64,000 nt of DNA, from positions 1-64,000 of the IMG/VR virus record IMGVR_UViG_3300032235_000911. One strand, given 5' to 3'. Every line of letters begins with the position of its first letter. The stretch's first letter is position 1. Of the stretch, positions 35,881 through 46,112 are shown in pieces. A program made the position numbers and the translations under genes. The DNA is from a virus. The notes under the pieces are model-generated. The model had not been told where the DNA came from. It did not search any database and saw only the letters and a list, made by a program, of their open reading frames with translations.

Positions 35881-38195
35881 TAGATGTCATCTACCGTTAT
35901 AGTATAATCTGCGTCTGAATCTATATTTTGTATAGCCCCTGGTATTACATTATATAACATATCATCAACAACACCAAGTATCGACGTTTGTACATCCTTA
36001 CGGCCAGCCTCCTCTTGATATTTTACTATGTAATACTGATTCAGATGTCGTAGGCCGTCAAAAAGCTTACTAACATTTAATTTTTCCATTGAGTAAAGGG
36101 AATAATTACTGCCTTTATATTTTTCTTCTTCTGTGAAGATACTATTATAGTAAAATATTGATCTTGATTTAAGTTTTGGATCGTCTTTTGTCAAGGAATC
36201 AATAAGAGCTTTTGGGTTCTGTTGTTTGGAGGTATCATATGCGGCGTTGTACTGGATTACGGTATCACTAGTAGGTTTCTCTGGTGCTATAAATACAACT
36301 TGGTCTGCGGCGAGATACAGCGCAGTTACACCAGACCCAGCTATCATTGCTTCGGAAGCTGGTGTGGAGTCCCCATTTATATCAAAAAGTATATTTTTAA
36401 AATACTTATCGGCTGAGGTATTGTTTTTTTGTAATAGCGTATCGACTGTTATGCCGTCATCAAGAAACTGAAATACCGATGATGCATATTTATCATAATA
36501 TTTCATATACTCAAAGTCTTTTTTTACATTCTTACTGCTAATAACTTCACTTTGATATTCTCTTGCTTTTATATATATTTCGTTCAGCGCATCGATCTGG
36601 TTTTTATCAAGCAAGTCATTTATTAAATAAGAATTGCTTGGTAAATCTACTGTAAATATCGAAAAGGTACTAACGCGATTTCTTGTTGTAAGCGATGGAT
36701 TAGCATAATATTTACTGCTTTCTAAGTATTTTCTAACTTCGCGCTCTTCTGGTTGCAGAACTCTTGCGCCACTATTGACGTAGTCTAGCCTTGCAGTTAA
36801 GTTGTCAGTAACGGCAACCTCATAGCCAGTAGCAAAATCGTATGTATAATCTATTGCATTTTTAAATATTTTTGTATATCTAGTGCTGCTATCTTCCTTA
36901 CGCGAAGAGCCAACTGTTTTACTATACTTAACATTTTTCGAAAACTGCGCGCACACTTGATATAAATCTGTGATATGCTTCAATAGTTGTTCTAAGATAT
37001 TTGTATTTGTTGTAAGTGGATGGCAGCATGAAACATAATTTGCAAGAAGTTGCTCTACCGGTATGTCTGTAAAGACAAATGTTGCCTCTGCGACCTCAAT
37101 TAAAATATCCGATAGGATTGCAAAAAATTCTATTTCGATCTCACCGCCATTACGATTTATATATTTTTCTTTTTGGTCAAAATCATTCTGAAAGAAATAC
37201 CTGCCCGCATCCTCAATTAGTTCATGAGTCTGATAATAATGTAATTTATTGCGATATTTGGCTATCTTCTCCTCAGCCAACAGTAATCTTGGTAGGATAT
37301 ATTCATCAAAAAATACTTCTGACGCATCAAAGATATCTAGATCAAGTTTTATATCATAAATAAAGCTATTGTTATTTTCATTTATTTCCGTAAAAGAAAC
37401 AAGAAACTCGCAGGAGTTATCATTTAATCTATATGAATTAAAGATAGCAGGGGTTATTTTATAATCTTCTTTGCTATCTGATATTTTTTTATATAATCTA
37501 CAACCGTCTATTTTTATATAAGAATTGCTTGAGATATAATCAAAAAAAGATTTATAGTTTTGTAAGATATTGTAATTTTTAGAATTATTTGTTAAATATT
37601 TTCCAAGATCGATCTTTATAGTGCAGTTTGCGCTCTTATCAACAGTATAGCCAACATATAAGTCCTCTGAATAGTTTTTATTTAGCGTTGGAGTGAAACT
37701 ACTGCCGCGTTTAAATTGTGGATTTAGTAAGCCAAAATCTTTTATTTTATTTAAATATTGTAGTCCCTGGAATTCGATTCGCTGTTCACTTAAAACCTCT
37801 TCTGCTACCTTTGATCCAACGATGTAATCATTTCCGCAGTAGGCTATTACGTTAGAAATTTTTTCTTCGCCTCTCTCAAATACAACATAATTTTCATACT
37901 TTAAAGATTTACCGTCAACAAAAGAATTTAAGCTTTTAACTTTTGTTTGTTCTTTTGATCCGCTGTATGTTAGTTGCACTGTAAAATTATTTATAACATC
38001 GCTATTGGCCGACCAACGTGGCTGACCTGTATTTACGTCAACCTCGTCAAGCAGATAGAAATAAACTTTTACTTCTTTTTTATTTTTTGATAACTCTATT
38101 GATGAAATATAGACATCTGGCGCGAGATAATTATATCTACGATCGCCATCTATTCCGCTTAAATCTTGAACATCTAACACATCCAACATCAGCAA
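35880..38195 (-). CDS. Hypothetical virion protein
   Basis: 771-aa ORF within the structural operon; the start may be the TAATG-coupled ATG at 38189. Confidence 0.7.
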   Translation of the reverse strand: MLMLDVLDVQDLSGIDGDRRYNYLAPDVYISSIELSKNKKEVKVYFYLLDEVDVNTGQPRWSANSDVINNFTVQLTYSGSKEQTKVKSLNSFVDGKSLKYENYVVFERGEEKISNVIAYCGNDYIVGSKVAEEVLSEQRIEFQGLQYLNKIKDFGLLNPQFKRGSSFTPTLNKNYSEDLYVGYTVDKSANCTIKIDLGKYLTNNSKNYNILQNYKSFFDYISSNSYIKIDGCRLYKKISDSKEDYKITPAIFNSYRLNDNSCEFLVSFTEINENNNSFIYDIKLDLDIFDASEVFFDEYILPRLLLAEEKIAKYRNKLHYYQTHELIEDAGRYFFQNDFDQKEKYINRNGGEIEIEFFAILSDILIEVAEATFVFTDIPVEQLLANYVSCCHPLTTNTNILEQLLKHITDLYQVCAQFSKNVKYSKTVGSSRKEDSSTRYTKIFKNAIDYTYDFATGYEVAVTDNLTARLDYVNSGARVLQPEEREVRKYLESSKYYANPSLTTRNRVSTFSIFTVDLPSNSYLINDLLDKNQIDALNEIYIKAREYQSEVISSKNVKKDFEYMKYYDKYASSVFQFLDDGITVDTLLQKNNTSADKYFKNILFDINGDSTPASEAMIAGSGVTALYLAADQVVFIAPEKPTSDTVIQYNAAYDTSKQQNPKALIDSLTKDDPKLKSRSIFYYNSIFTEEEKYKGSNYSLYSMEKLNVSKLFDGLRHLNQYYIVKYQEEAGRKDVQTSILGVVDDMLYNVIPGAIQNIDSDADYTITVDDI

Positions 38196-39040
38196 TCATC
38201 CTTAACAGGCCCATCGAAATTTGTTGAGTAGGTGCCTTGCATAACTGGCTTTTGCGTTTTCTGTAGGCTCTTTATTAACTCAATATCTATTTCATCATCG
38301 GCTTCTATTTCTAAAAAATATTGTACTTCGCCGCTTGTTTGTTTTGTATCTCTATAAACTGTTGGCATTTCGTTTTGACTATAAAGTATCCCATCTATTA
38401 TGTTTGATTGTTTTTGATCAAATATCAATTGATTTAACATATGTTCACCGGCATTTATATCTTCGATGTACACCTCAAGCTCAAAATTTTCAGCGTCATC
38501 TTCGCAGTTCATCTCTTTTAGATCAATGAGGATATAATCTTCGTGTATTGTCAGCGTTTTATCGTTATCAAAGTCAAAAGTAGATACATCTTTACCGTCT
38601 AAAGTTAGTTTATCTGTGTCTACTAGCTGTGCCTCGACATTAATATCGGTTAAATCAAACTGCTTTAGCGCATAGCTGGACTGTACTGTAATGAACTTAT
38701 GTTTTTCGTGACTATACTGTAAGGTCTGTTCTTGGTAGTTCGCAGTTCCATTTAAAATGTTTATATCCCAAGCTGGTGCATACTCTGCCGCCATGGACGA
38801 CTTGCCCATCGGGAACATCAATGCTTTACTGTTTCGAGTTAGCGAGCCAAACGTTATTGTGTCAAACAGTCTAGCTTGTATGCTATTTTGGTCTTCGTCT
38901 GCTCCGTTTTCATAAATTATACCATCGTCAAAAAAGCTTACAAAATGCGGTTGTAATTTGCCTTTACTTAGACATTTCTTGCCGTGATTTGTAAGTTCAA
39001 ATGCGATAACATCCTGTTTTTTATCTAAAAAATTAGGCAT
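38189..39040 (-). CDS. Virion structural protein, N-terminus paralogous to 32739-33689
   Basis: FLDKKQDVIAFELTNHGKKCLSKGKLQPHFVSFFDDGIIY versus FLNNNSDIVLDAVLTDYGRLLLARG...FALGDDEIDY. Confidence 0.7.
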   Translation of the reverse strand: MPNFLDKKQDVIAFELTNHGKKCLSKGKLQPHFVSFFDDGIIYENGADEDQNSIQARLFDTITFGSLTRNSKALMFPMGKSSMAAEYAPAWDINILNGTANYQEQTLQYSHEKHKFITVQSSYALKQFDLTDINVEAQLVDTDKLTLDGKDVSTFDFDNDKTLTIHEDYILIDLKEMNCEDDAENFELEVYIEDINAGEHMLNQLIFDQKQSNIIDGILYSQNEMPTVYRDTKQTSGEVQYFLEIEADDEIDIELIKSLQKTQKPVMQGTYSTNFDGPVKDDC

Positions 39041-42000
39041 TAGCTTTTGTTACCTTTAAAAACATCTGGTATTTTTATTTCTCTATTTTTAATCTGCTCT
39101 ATCTCATCGCTTAGTACTCTAAACTGTATATCTGTATTTACTAATGTAGGCTCGGTTGATAGTGTATCTGATGTATAACCTTCGCCGGCCTGTATATTAA
39201 GTAGCTCAACAAGAGAAAAGTGGTCGTAAGGCCAGTTAAATGTGTTCCATGGTATATCTGTATATCTTGTATCTTCATTTTTCTTTATTATTGAATTATA
39301 TTCACGATTTGCCTTTCTTTTTACCTTAAAAACAATACCGTCAAGACTATCGTTTGTTAAATATTGTCTTACTTCTTCGGATAGCACCTCAAGTGGACTA
39401 AATTTATGTCTTATTTCTAATGTTTGTTCTTCCGGTGTAAAGCCAATCTTTGGAAGAGTACCTTGCCAAATTTTTGCTAGGTCGTCTTTGTCTAGTTCGT
39501 GTGTAAATTCCGCAACATAAAACACAAAAGGCTCAAGATTATTGCTGTTGTCTAGCCAGTTTAGATATGGAGGTATATTATACTCAAGCATATTTTTTAT
39601 TAATTTAACGATGCTGTTGTTATAATTTAGATTTTTATTCCTAAAAAAGATATATTCTATCTCTTTTATTGTTTTCGTACGGTAGTCGAATCCCAAAATG
39701 GTTTTAATTGTCTCGGGATCTATTTTTATTAGATATTTGTCTTTTAGATATCCGCTTTGAACTTTTTTGAAAAGTGAATTATTTTCTGCGTTAACGGAAG
39801 TTGAGTATGGCAGTAATAACATTCCTTCGCTGATTATCTTTTTATCAGCAATAGTTCCAATTGATTTAGATTCTTTTTTAAAGCCGACAAGATCCATTAA
39901 GGAACCGGTTTCTTCTGCGTTTACTCCGTCTGTATCTTCTAGAGTTAACTGGACGCTGTTGTTATCGCTTGGTACTGCGCCTAATCGGTTCCATATCCCG
40001 TTAATTTGAGAGCTAGTAACCTGAAGTGTTATTGGAATAGCGTTTGAGGCATAAAAATTATTAGGCAGAACGTTGTTATATTCATTTACGTATTCTGCAA
40101 GAACAGCACCATCTAAAACTATTTCTTTTGCTATGCTTGGTTCCTTTTTTTCATTTATGTAGTTAATAAGAGGCGATTCAAATTTTGTTTGAATTACCCA
40201 TTTTCTGTTAGGCGTTGAAGTGGTAGTTTGTGAAATTTCTTGTCCTGTTATCGCATCAGTTGTAACTAAGGGCGATTCAACTAAGTCAAGAAGCCTACAA
40301 CAACTATCTAAGTTCATAGCATGATAATATGTTATATTGAGTGGATTCTCAGTGGAGTGATCCGAACCCCACTGAATTCTATTTATTGATATTCTGTTGA
40401 TTTGATCTGCGGTAAATTTTTCCCCATTCCCGGTGTATTCAAATTTTATATACGTATCCTTTCCGCCATCTCTAAGATATGGAGGTGCATATGGTAGATA
40501 TATTTCATCGCTAACTGTCCCAGTATGATCCTTGCCAGAATAGTATGCCTGGCATGGTGGACCAAAAAGCGACGTAACAGGTACATCGTTAGAAGCACTG
40601 TTGAACATACTAAAATTTTGTGATTTGCTTATCCTTAAATTCATAACATATTTTTTACCATTTTCTGATAGCTTGAAGTTTTTTTCTCCAAGAGATTCAA
40701 AATATGTTAGTTCGTTATTTTTTAAGAAGAAGTTGGGAACTTCTGAAATAAAATTATTTATAGCATATCGGTATAAAGTATTTTGACCATTTTCAATGCT
40801 ATCTATATCAATAGAAGGATATAGAAGCTCTGGCTTGATCTCTTCAAGTTCCGAAATCGTATTAGAAAAAAATGATATGTATCTTGTTGGATCTAGATAG
40901 TATAAATTTCTTCCTAGAAGAGACTTTAGTGACGACTTTGGATCTAAGATTGCTTCGAATGGCAGTATATTTGTTATTTTTTTAACTGCGATAGAGCTAT
41001 CTATTTTAAATTCTACAGTGCAATCAACACTATTGCAATTCGGATTATTAAGTGGATATGGCGTATTTACACTACTGTCTGTATAAATTCTTTTTAACAC
41101 AGAACTATAGATCTCTTCACTTCCAAGTAAAGTGTTGGACGCTAGCACAGGGTAACTAACTGCCAAACCAGATTTAATTGAGTTAAATAATATTCCTGGA
41201 GCAAAAAATGGTTGTATCAAAGTTTGCGCACCATGCTTTGAAGAGCCGTTCGTAACCTTTAGATTGTTGAAATCATATTCTTCCTGAAAATATCTCGCAA
41301 TTTGTTTCGTGCGTTCCGCTGGGTAGAATCCCGCATATGGTAACATTTTTTTGATACCACTAAGTCTTATTACAAATTCATTTGTTTTTTTATCAATAAA
41401 TTTATTGATATTTATTTTAAATTTATAGATTTCGCTGTCGCTTAGTTGTACGTTGTCGTTGTATCCGCGCAAATTCAGACTAAGATCCAGGCTTTCACTC
41501 GAACCTGTTATGTCTCCTAAGATATTTGACATTACATATTCTGGTATTATTGAATAATTTTTAGAAATATGTTTTAAGTTTTCATAAAAACTTGCATACG
41601 AGTTATATGAGGCAGTTATCCTGCTGTCAACTGCGCCTTGGTATGAATCATTTAGCAAAATTCTTGCTGTCACTGGATTCATATATGGCGCGCTGGCATA
41701 GCTAAGACCTGATATTTCTCCTAGATCGGTTATCGTTATAAAGTTATTAAAGATAAACTGTGGTTTTGGTTGTATTCTTTGTACAAATAGATTATTGTTT
41801 ATAGGATTTTTTGTGTTTATTTTTCCTCTTGTAAATGGAAACAACTCCTGATGTCCAAAAGGTCCTATATCACCATATGTTGAATCATCTAGAAAGTCAA
41901 TTTCTAGTTTATCAAAACTATTTTTAAAAATATTTGTATTGTTGTTTGCATCAAGTGCATAAATTGAAGTAAAGTATCTTAATTTTATCTTGGTTTCTAG

Positions 42001-45000
42001 TGGTATAAAGTATTGCGCTATGCTTCTATGTGGATTTTGTGGATTGTCTATGTCGTAAATATATGTTTTTGTTCCAATATGAGTTCCTTTTGATGGTACA
42101 TCACTAGGTATCGTACTTGTGCTTACAATACTACTGCGCAAAATATATTCTTCCGGCGCAGAAATATTATTTGGATAATTTAAACAGTTTATCGCCCCAG
42201 CTGGCATAGTAGGAACTCTATCTAGTCTTTTCCTCTTCTCCAGGTCAGAGTTCCAGAAACTACGTATTAGCCCTGAGTTTCTATTATAGCTGTTGTCGCC
42301 CCAGACATATAAAAAGGCCATCCCAAAAGGTATTGTTATTAAATCAATCCCCTGCTCATAATTTGATTTATTTCTTATATCATATAAGCCATGATATTCT
42401 TTGCGCGGATAAACAGTATCAAGCCGCGTAGAACTATTAACAAGAAGAGAAGAAGTTAATACATTTTCAATTTTTTTAATAAATGTATCATTTACATCTA
42501 TTTTATTTGCACCAAAAAGCTTACTTTCAAGATCGTCATTTGCAAATCTTTTAAATTTTGAAGAATATGAAGACAGAACACTTAGATCCTCCAATGCATT
42601 TGCAACGCGAATATTATGCTCAGCTGGCGGGATCCATTCAACTGGCGGTTCCCGGTAGGATTGATTGCTTGAATATATATTGTTTCCCGAGCGTTGCTTG
42701 ACAATATTTAAGCTTGGTATAATATTATAGTTATTATATCCATATGCAGAAAAGTTGTTGTTTGAGTATGGAATTGCGCGCTGTATGAAATTATTATCTG
42801 CCTGTTCTATTCCTTGTGTTTCGCTTATTGTTTGTGTGCCAAGCGGCTCTGACTCTGCTATGTTTAAATCTTTTCGCATATCAAGCGATTTATTTAAAAG
42901 CGAACTATAAATAGAATATTCTTCTGTGTCAGAGAGGTCAGTTAAGCCGTCAGCGGAAGAGAATTTATTACGAAATACTGTTTTATTTTCTTTATCCCCA
43001 CGATTATTTAAGGTTTTACCAGCTGTATTTAATACTTCGTAATTCTTCTGAAAGTTTTTGTTTAGGATATTTTTAATTGTTGTGTTTGTTTTTCTACCGT
43101 CCTCTTCGTGTTCGCCTATGCGAGCTTCCCCGAGAGCATCAATACCTGCGCTGGCTGAGATAAGTGAATCCGTTACGGCAGTAGAGACTAGATTGACATC
43201 AAAATTCTTCTTTGTGTCAATCATAAGCGGAAGCGCATATTGATACTTGTTGCGCTCAAGCATATGGTTTTCAATACTGATTTTAAGACCGGAGTGCGTA
43301 TTTGCATTCTCTGGTTTTATTTGATCAATAAGATATCCAAGCGATGAATCGAGCCACTTATAAAACTCTAAATATCGTTCAATATCTGGTGTATTTACGA
43401 CCTTTGAGAAGAAGTAGTTTTTTATTTTTTTAAGATTTACATATTCATTTGCATATGCATTTGAATGTTCGGAAAATGCAAAAATATAATCTCCAATATT
43501 TGAAAACATATTAATCATTTCTTCTGAAATGATCTGATACATACTGTTTTCTATAAACAGTGCTACTTTTTCTGGTTTTTTATTTAACGAGCGGGCAAAG
43601 TGATCATCTTCGTCAAGAGTTTGAATTGTTTCAAGCGATTCAATCGTATCAAAGTTTAACTTTTTGTATGTTTTTACGTATTCCTTTTTGACAAAAGATA
43701 AATCGCCTTCCGTGAAACCATAGCCGATGCCGCTATTGTTATTAAAAATGTCGTACACTATTATCTGGCCATAACCATCTGGTGCGGTATTTTTTTCAAA
43801 ATCCCAATAAAAAACACCCTTATCTGGTATTGTTTGTGGGTCTGGTATACCGTAGTTTGTTATATCTTTTGCGTGTTCAAGTAGTGTTTCATCAGCGAGA
43901 ACGAAGTTCCACAGTGCAACATCTGTTGCTCTAATATCCGTCGAAACAGCGTTTGAGGATCCGATGGTTACATCCGTAATGTCATCTGTGAGGTTTAGAA
44001 ATGCGTTAAAAGATTCGTAGTACTCACCAGTTGTATATTTTGTTGCAGTTAGATAATATTTTGTATCATCACTACGCAATGATATATTCCATGGTAATTG
44101 GTTATCTAATACCTTGAAACTATCTGTTTCGATAGATTCGGAAGATGAAGATAGCTCAAAAGCCATTCCACCATCTGCTACGGATTTTAAAAATACACTA
44201 ACAGCATTCGTAGAAAGCAGCGAAATCTTGGATTCTGTACTTACTGGCAGGAATGCTTGCAACTCAAGAGTACCAGTTACTAGTCCAAGGCCGTTTATTG
44301 TTATATATTGATCATTTTTTAGAGAAACTGTTTTCTTGCGGATAATTTTTTCTGCCGTTTTTGTTTCTACAGCGTTAAACACGCTTTTATCGGCATATAG
44401 ATTTATTTTTACAAGATTTTCATCTACGCCATAGCTGTGAAGCAAGCTCTTGATAGACTTTTCAGTACCTTTACTTTTTAATATATATGCAAGATTGTTA
44501 TATATATTTTGGTATATTTTGTTTTTAACTTTATAGATCTTGTCTTCAAAGATATATGTATCATTTCTGGAAGAGAGGTTCTCTATTCCATCTACTCCGC
44601 TGAAAAGATCAGTTACATCAAATCCTGTACTTGATATGATTTTATCATAAAATGGATAGATACTATCAAGATCTGCTGTGTGTTTCTGATGTTTTAAGCT
44701 TGATATTTCTTTTATTTTATTATAAAGATCGTCAAAATACACTGACATTAACTGAACTAGTTTTTTAAAGTTTTGTGTTCCAAGATCACCTTCTTCATCA
44801 TATATCCACGATGGGAATTTTTTCCATAATGCATGTTTATTATTTTCATCATACTCGGTAGCTGCCTCTATTTTTTGCTCAAAATAAGTTTGTAAAGCAG
44901 GCGAAAATAAATTAAAATTTAAGTTTTTATCTAACCAAATAGTATCAGACTTTTCTTTTGTTTTAACAAGCCCGCTTTCATCGATTGCGGAAGTGTCTAA

Positions 45001-45138
45001 ACGAGAATCTGCACTATAATAGTTAAATACACCATCAAGACCACGCCCAGAGTAATCAACTACGTATTGAGAATTGCTTGTTGTCCAGCCTTCGTTATAT
45101 TTAAAATAAAATAATAAACTAGTTTTTTCACTTGACAT
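39040..45138 (-). CDS. Very large virion/baseplate protein with LamG-like segments
   Basis: 2032 aa; YFKYNEG..VVDYSG and DVALWN..YWDFE LamG-type strands; ILKSKGTEKSIKSLLHSYG resembles the P2 gpI-type baseplate motif. Confidence 0.75.
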   Translation of the reverse strand: MSSEKTSLLFYFKYNEGWTTSNSQYVVDYSGRGLDGVFNYYSADSRLDTSAIDESGLVKTKEKSDTIWLDKNLNFNLFSPALQTYFEQKIEAATEYDENNKHALWKKFPSWIYDEEGDLGTQNFKKLVQLMSVYFDDLYNKIKEISSLKHQKHTADLDSIYPFYDKIISSTGFDVTDLFSGVDGIENLSSRNDTYIFEDKIYKVKNKIYQNIYNNLAYILKSKGTEKSIKSLLHSYGVDENLVKINLYADKSVFNAVETKTAEKIIRKKTVSLKNDQYITINGLGLVTGTLELQAFLPVSTESKISLLSTNAVSVFLKSVADGGMAFELSSSSESIETDSFKVLDNQLPWNISLRSDDTKYYLTATKYTTGEYYESFNAFLNLTDDITDVTIGSSNAVSTDIRATDVALWNFVLADETLLEHAKDITNYGIPDPQTIPDKGVFYWDFEKNTAPDGYGQIIVYDIFNNNSGIGYGFTEGDLSFVKKEYVKTYKKLNFDTIESLETIQTLDEDDHFARSLNKKPEKVALFIENSMYQIISEEMINMFSNIGDYIFAFSEHSNAYANEYVNLKKIKNYFFSKVVNTPDIERYLEFYKWLDSSLGYLIDQIKPENANTHSGLKISIENHMLERNKYQYALPLMIDTKKNFDVNLVSTAVTDSLISASAGIDALGEARIGEHEEDGRKTNTTIKNILNKNFQKNYEVLNTAGKTLNNRGDKENKTVFRNKFSSADGLTDLSDTEEYSIYSSLLNKSLDMRKDLNIAESEPLGTQTISETQGIEQADNNFIQRAIPYSNNNFSAYGYNNYNIIPSLNIVKQRSGNNIYSSNQSYREPPVEWIPPAEHNIRVANALEDLSVLSSYSSKFKRFANDDLESKLFGANKIDVNDTFIKKIENVLTSSLLVNSSTRLDTVYPRKEYHGLYDIRNKSNYEQGIDLITIPFGMAFLYVWGDNSYNRNSGLIRSFWNSDLEKRKRLDRVPTMPAGAINCLNYPNNISAPEEYILRSSIVSTSTIPSDVPSKGTHIGTKTYIYDIDNPQNPHRSIAQYFIPLETKIKLRYFTSIYALDANNNTNIFKNSFDKLEIDFLDDSTYGDIGPFGHQELFPFTRGKINTKNPINNNLFVQRIQPKPQFIFNNFITITDLGEISGLSYASAPYMNPVTARILLNDSYQGAVDSRITASYNSYASFYENLKHISKNYSIIPEYVMSNILGDITGSSESLDLSLNLRGYNDNVQLSDSEIYKFKININKFIDKKTNEFVIRLSGIKKMLPYAGFYPAERTKQIARYFQEEYDFNNLKVTNGSSKHGAQTLIQPFFAPGILFNSIKSGLAVSYPVLASNTLLGSEEIYSSVLKRIYTDSSVNTPYPLNNPNCNSVDCTVEFKIDSSIAVKKITNILPFEAILDPKSSLKSLLGRNLYYLDPTRYISFFSNTISELEEIKPELLYPSIDIDSIENGQNTLYRYAINNFISEVPNFFLKNNELTYFESLGEKNFKLSENGKKYVMNLRISKSQNFSMFNSASNDVPVTSLFGPPCQAYYSGKDHTGTVSDEIYLPYAPPYLRDGGKDTYIKFEYTGNGEKFTADQINRISINRIQWGSDHSTENPLNITYYHAMNLDSCCRLLDLVESPLVTTDAITGQEISQTTTSTPNRKWVIQTKFESPLINYINEKKEPSIAKEIVLDGAVLAEYVNEYNNVLPNNFYASNAIPITLQVTSSQINGIWNRLGAVPSDNNSVQLTLEDTDGVNAEETGSLMDLVGFKKESKSIGTIADKKIISEGMLLLPYSTSVNAENNSLFKKVQSGYLKDKYLIKIDPETIKTILGFDYRTKTIKEIEYIFFRNKNLNYNNSIVKLIKNMLEYNIPPYLNWLDNSNNLEPFVFYVAEFTHELDKDDLAKIWQGTLPKIGFTPEEQTLEIRHKFSPLEVLSEEVRQYLTNDSLDGIVFKVKRKANREYNSIIKKNEDTRYTDIPWNTFNWPYDHFSLVELLNIQAGEGYTSDTLSTEPTLVNTDIQFRVLSDEIEQIKNREIKIPDVFKGNKS

Positions 45139-46112
45139 TATATTATACCTTGGTTTGTGTCATTTCCGTCTACTTGTGTAAACCAAAATCTTCCTATTTT
45201 TTCTATACTTCTAAAGCCATTCCATAATCGTGTTTCGTCTAAATAAATTAAATTATTACCACCAAGGGTAAAAATAGGAGTATTCCCGAAGCTAGATGGT
45301 AGTTCTATGTTTTTATTTAATTTTAAAATACTCAATCCGAATGGAAAAATAACAGATTTCTTTTTATATAAATTAATCTCTAAATTGCTTAGCTGAACTT
45401 TTAATTCGCCATCTATAAAGAAATTTATTTTGTCTGTTGATATATTAAATGCATAGTGGTGCCATTTGTCTAGTTCTATTGGGCAGTCAAGCTCGTAATC
45501 ATTTGGAGTTGCATCAAGTACGTGCATCTTATTGTTTTCAAAATATATCTTCAATAAATCAATTACAAATGGATCATTATTATTGTCTTCTGTTATTGCT
45601 TTTATTGTTAAAATATCCGTTAGGTTTAGGTCATCTGCTTTTGCCCAAGTCTCAAACGTGATACCTTCTTCGAAATCTATAAAAGTATTATAGAGATTCA
45701 TATCTCCGAGAAGATATGATTTTTTTGCTTCAGCGTTAAGATCTTTGATGGTTGAATAAACTTGAATATTTTGATCGGCTGCAATCTTTACCGATCCCAC
45801 CGATCGCGGTATCTCATTTTGGAATAAATAAAACTCAAAATCAGTTAAAGAATTAATCCATTTTAACTTATCGGTTGAACTTCCATCATATGGAAAATAT
45901 TGTACAATTTTTTGCACAGCGTCAGCATAATATTGAACTGCACTACCAAATTTTGCAAAAGACGAAATCTTTGAGAAATCTACGCCAGAAAGAAACTTTC
46001 TTTGTTGTTCTGCCAGTTGGGGTATTTCTGTATCGTTGTTTAGAAAACCTTTTTCGTTAGCAAGTTGGTCAGGTACAAGCGCGCCGCCATTAAAAATATC
46101 TCGCGTATTCAT
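45138..46112 (-). CDS. LamG/concanavalin-A-like virion protein
   Basis: ITFETW, DKWHHYAF, FFIDGEL and LDETRLWNGFRS are LamG motifs; FAKFGSA..Y N-terminal motif. Confidence 0.75.
   Translation of the reverse strand: MNTRDIFNGGALVPDQLANEKGFLNNDTEIPQLAEQQRKFLSGVDFSKISSFAKFGSAVQYYADAVQKIVQYFPYDGSSTDKLKWINSLTDFEFYLFQNEIPRSVGSVKIAADQNIQVYSTIKDLNAEAKKSYLLGDMNLYNTFIDFEEGITFETWAKADDLNLTDILTIKAITEDNNNDPFVIDLLKIYFENNKMHVLDATPNDYELDCPIELDKWHHYAFNISTDKINFFIDGELKVQLSNLEINLYKKKSVIFPFGLSILKLNKNIELPSSFGNTPIFTLGGNNLIYLDETRLWNGFRSIEKIGRFWFTQVDGNDTNQGII

Noticed and set aside
45130-45170. Programmed -1 frameshift fusing the 324-aa and 2032-aa ORFs (and likewise at 31502-31507)
   Set aside because: No X XXY YYZ slippery heptamer in the correct frame; at 45138 an SD and TAATG coupling explain the junction.
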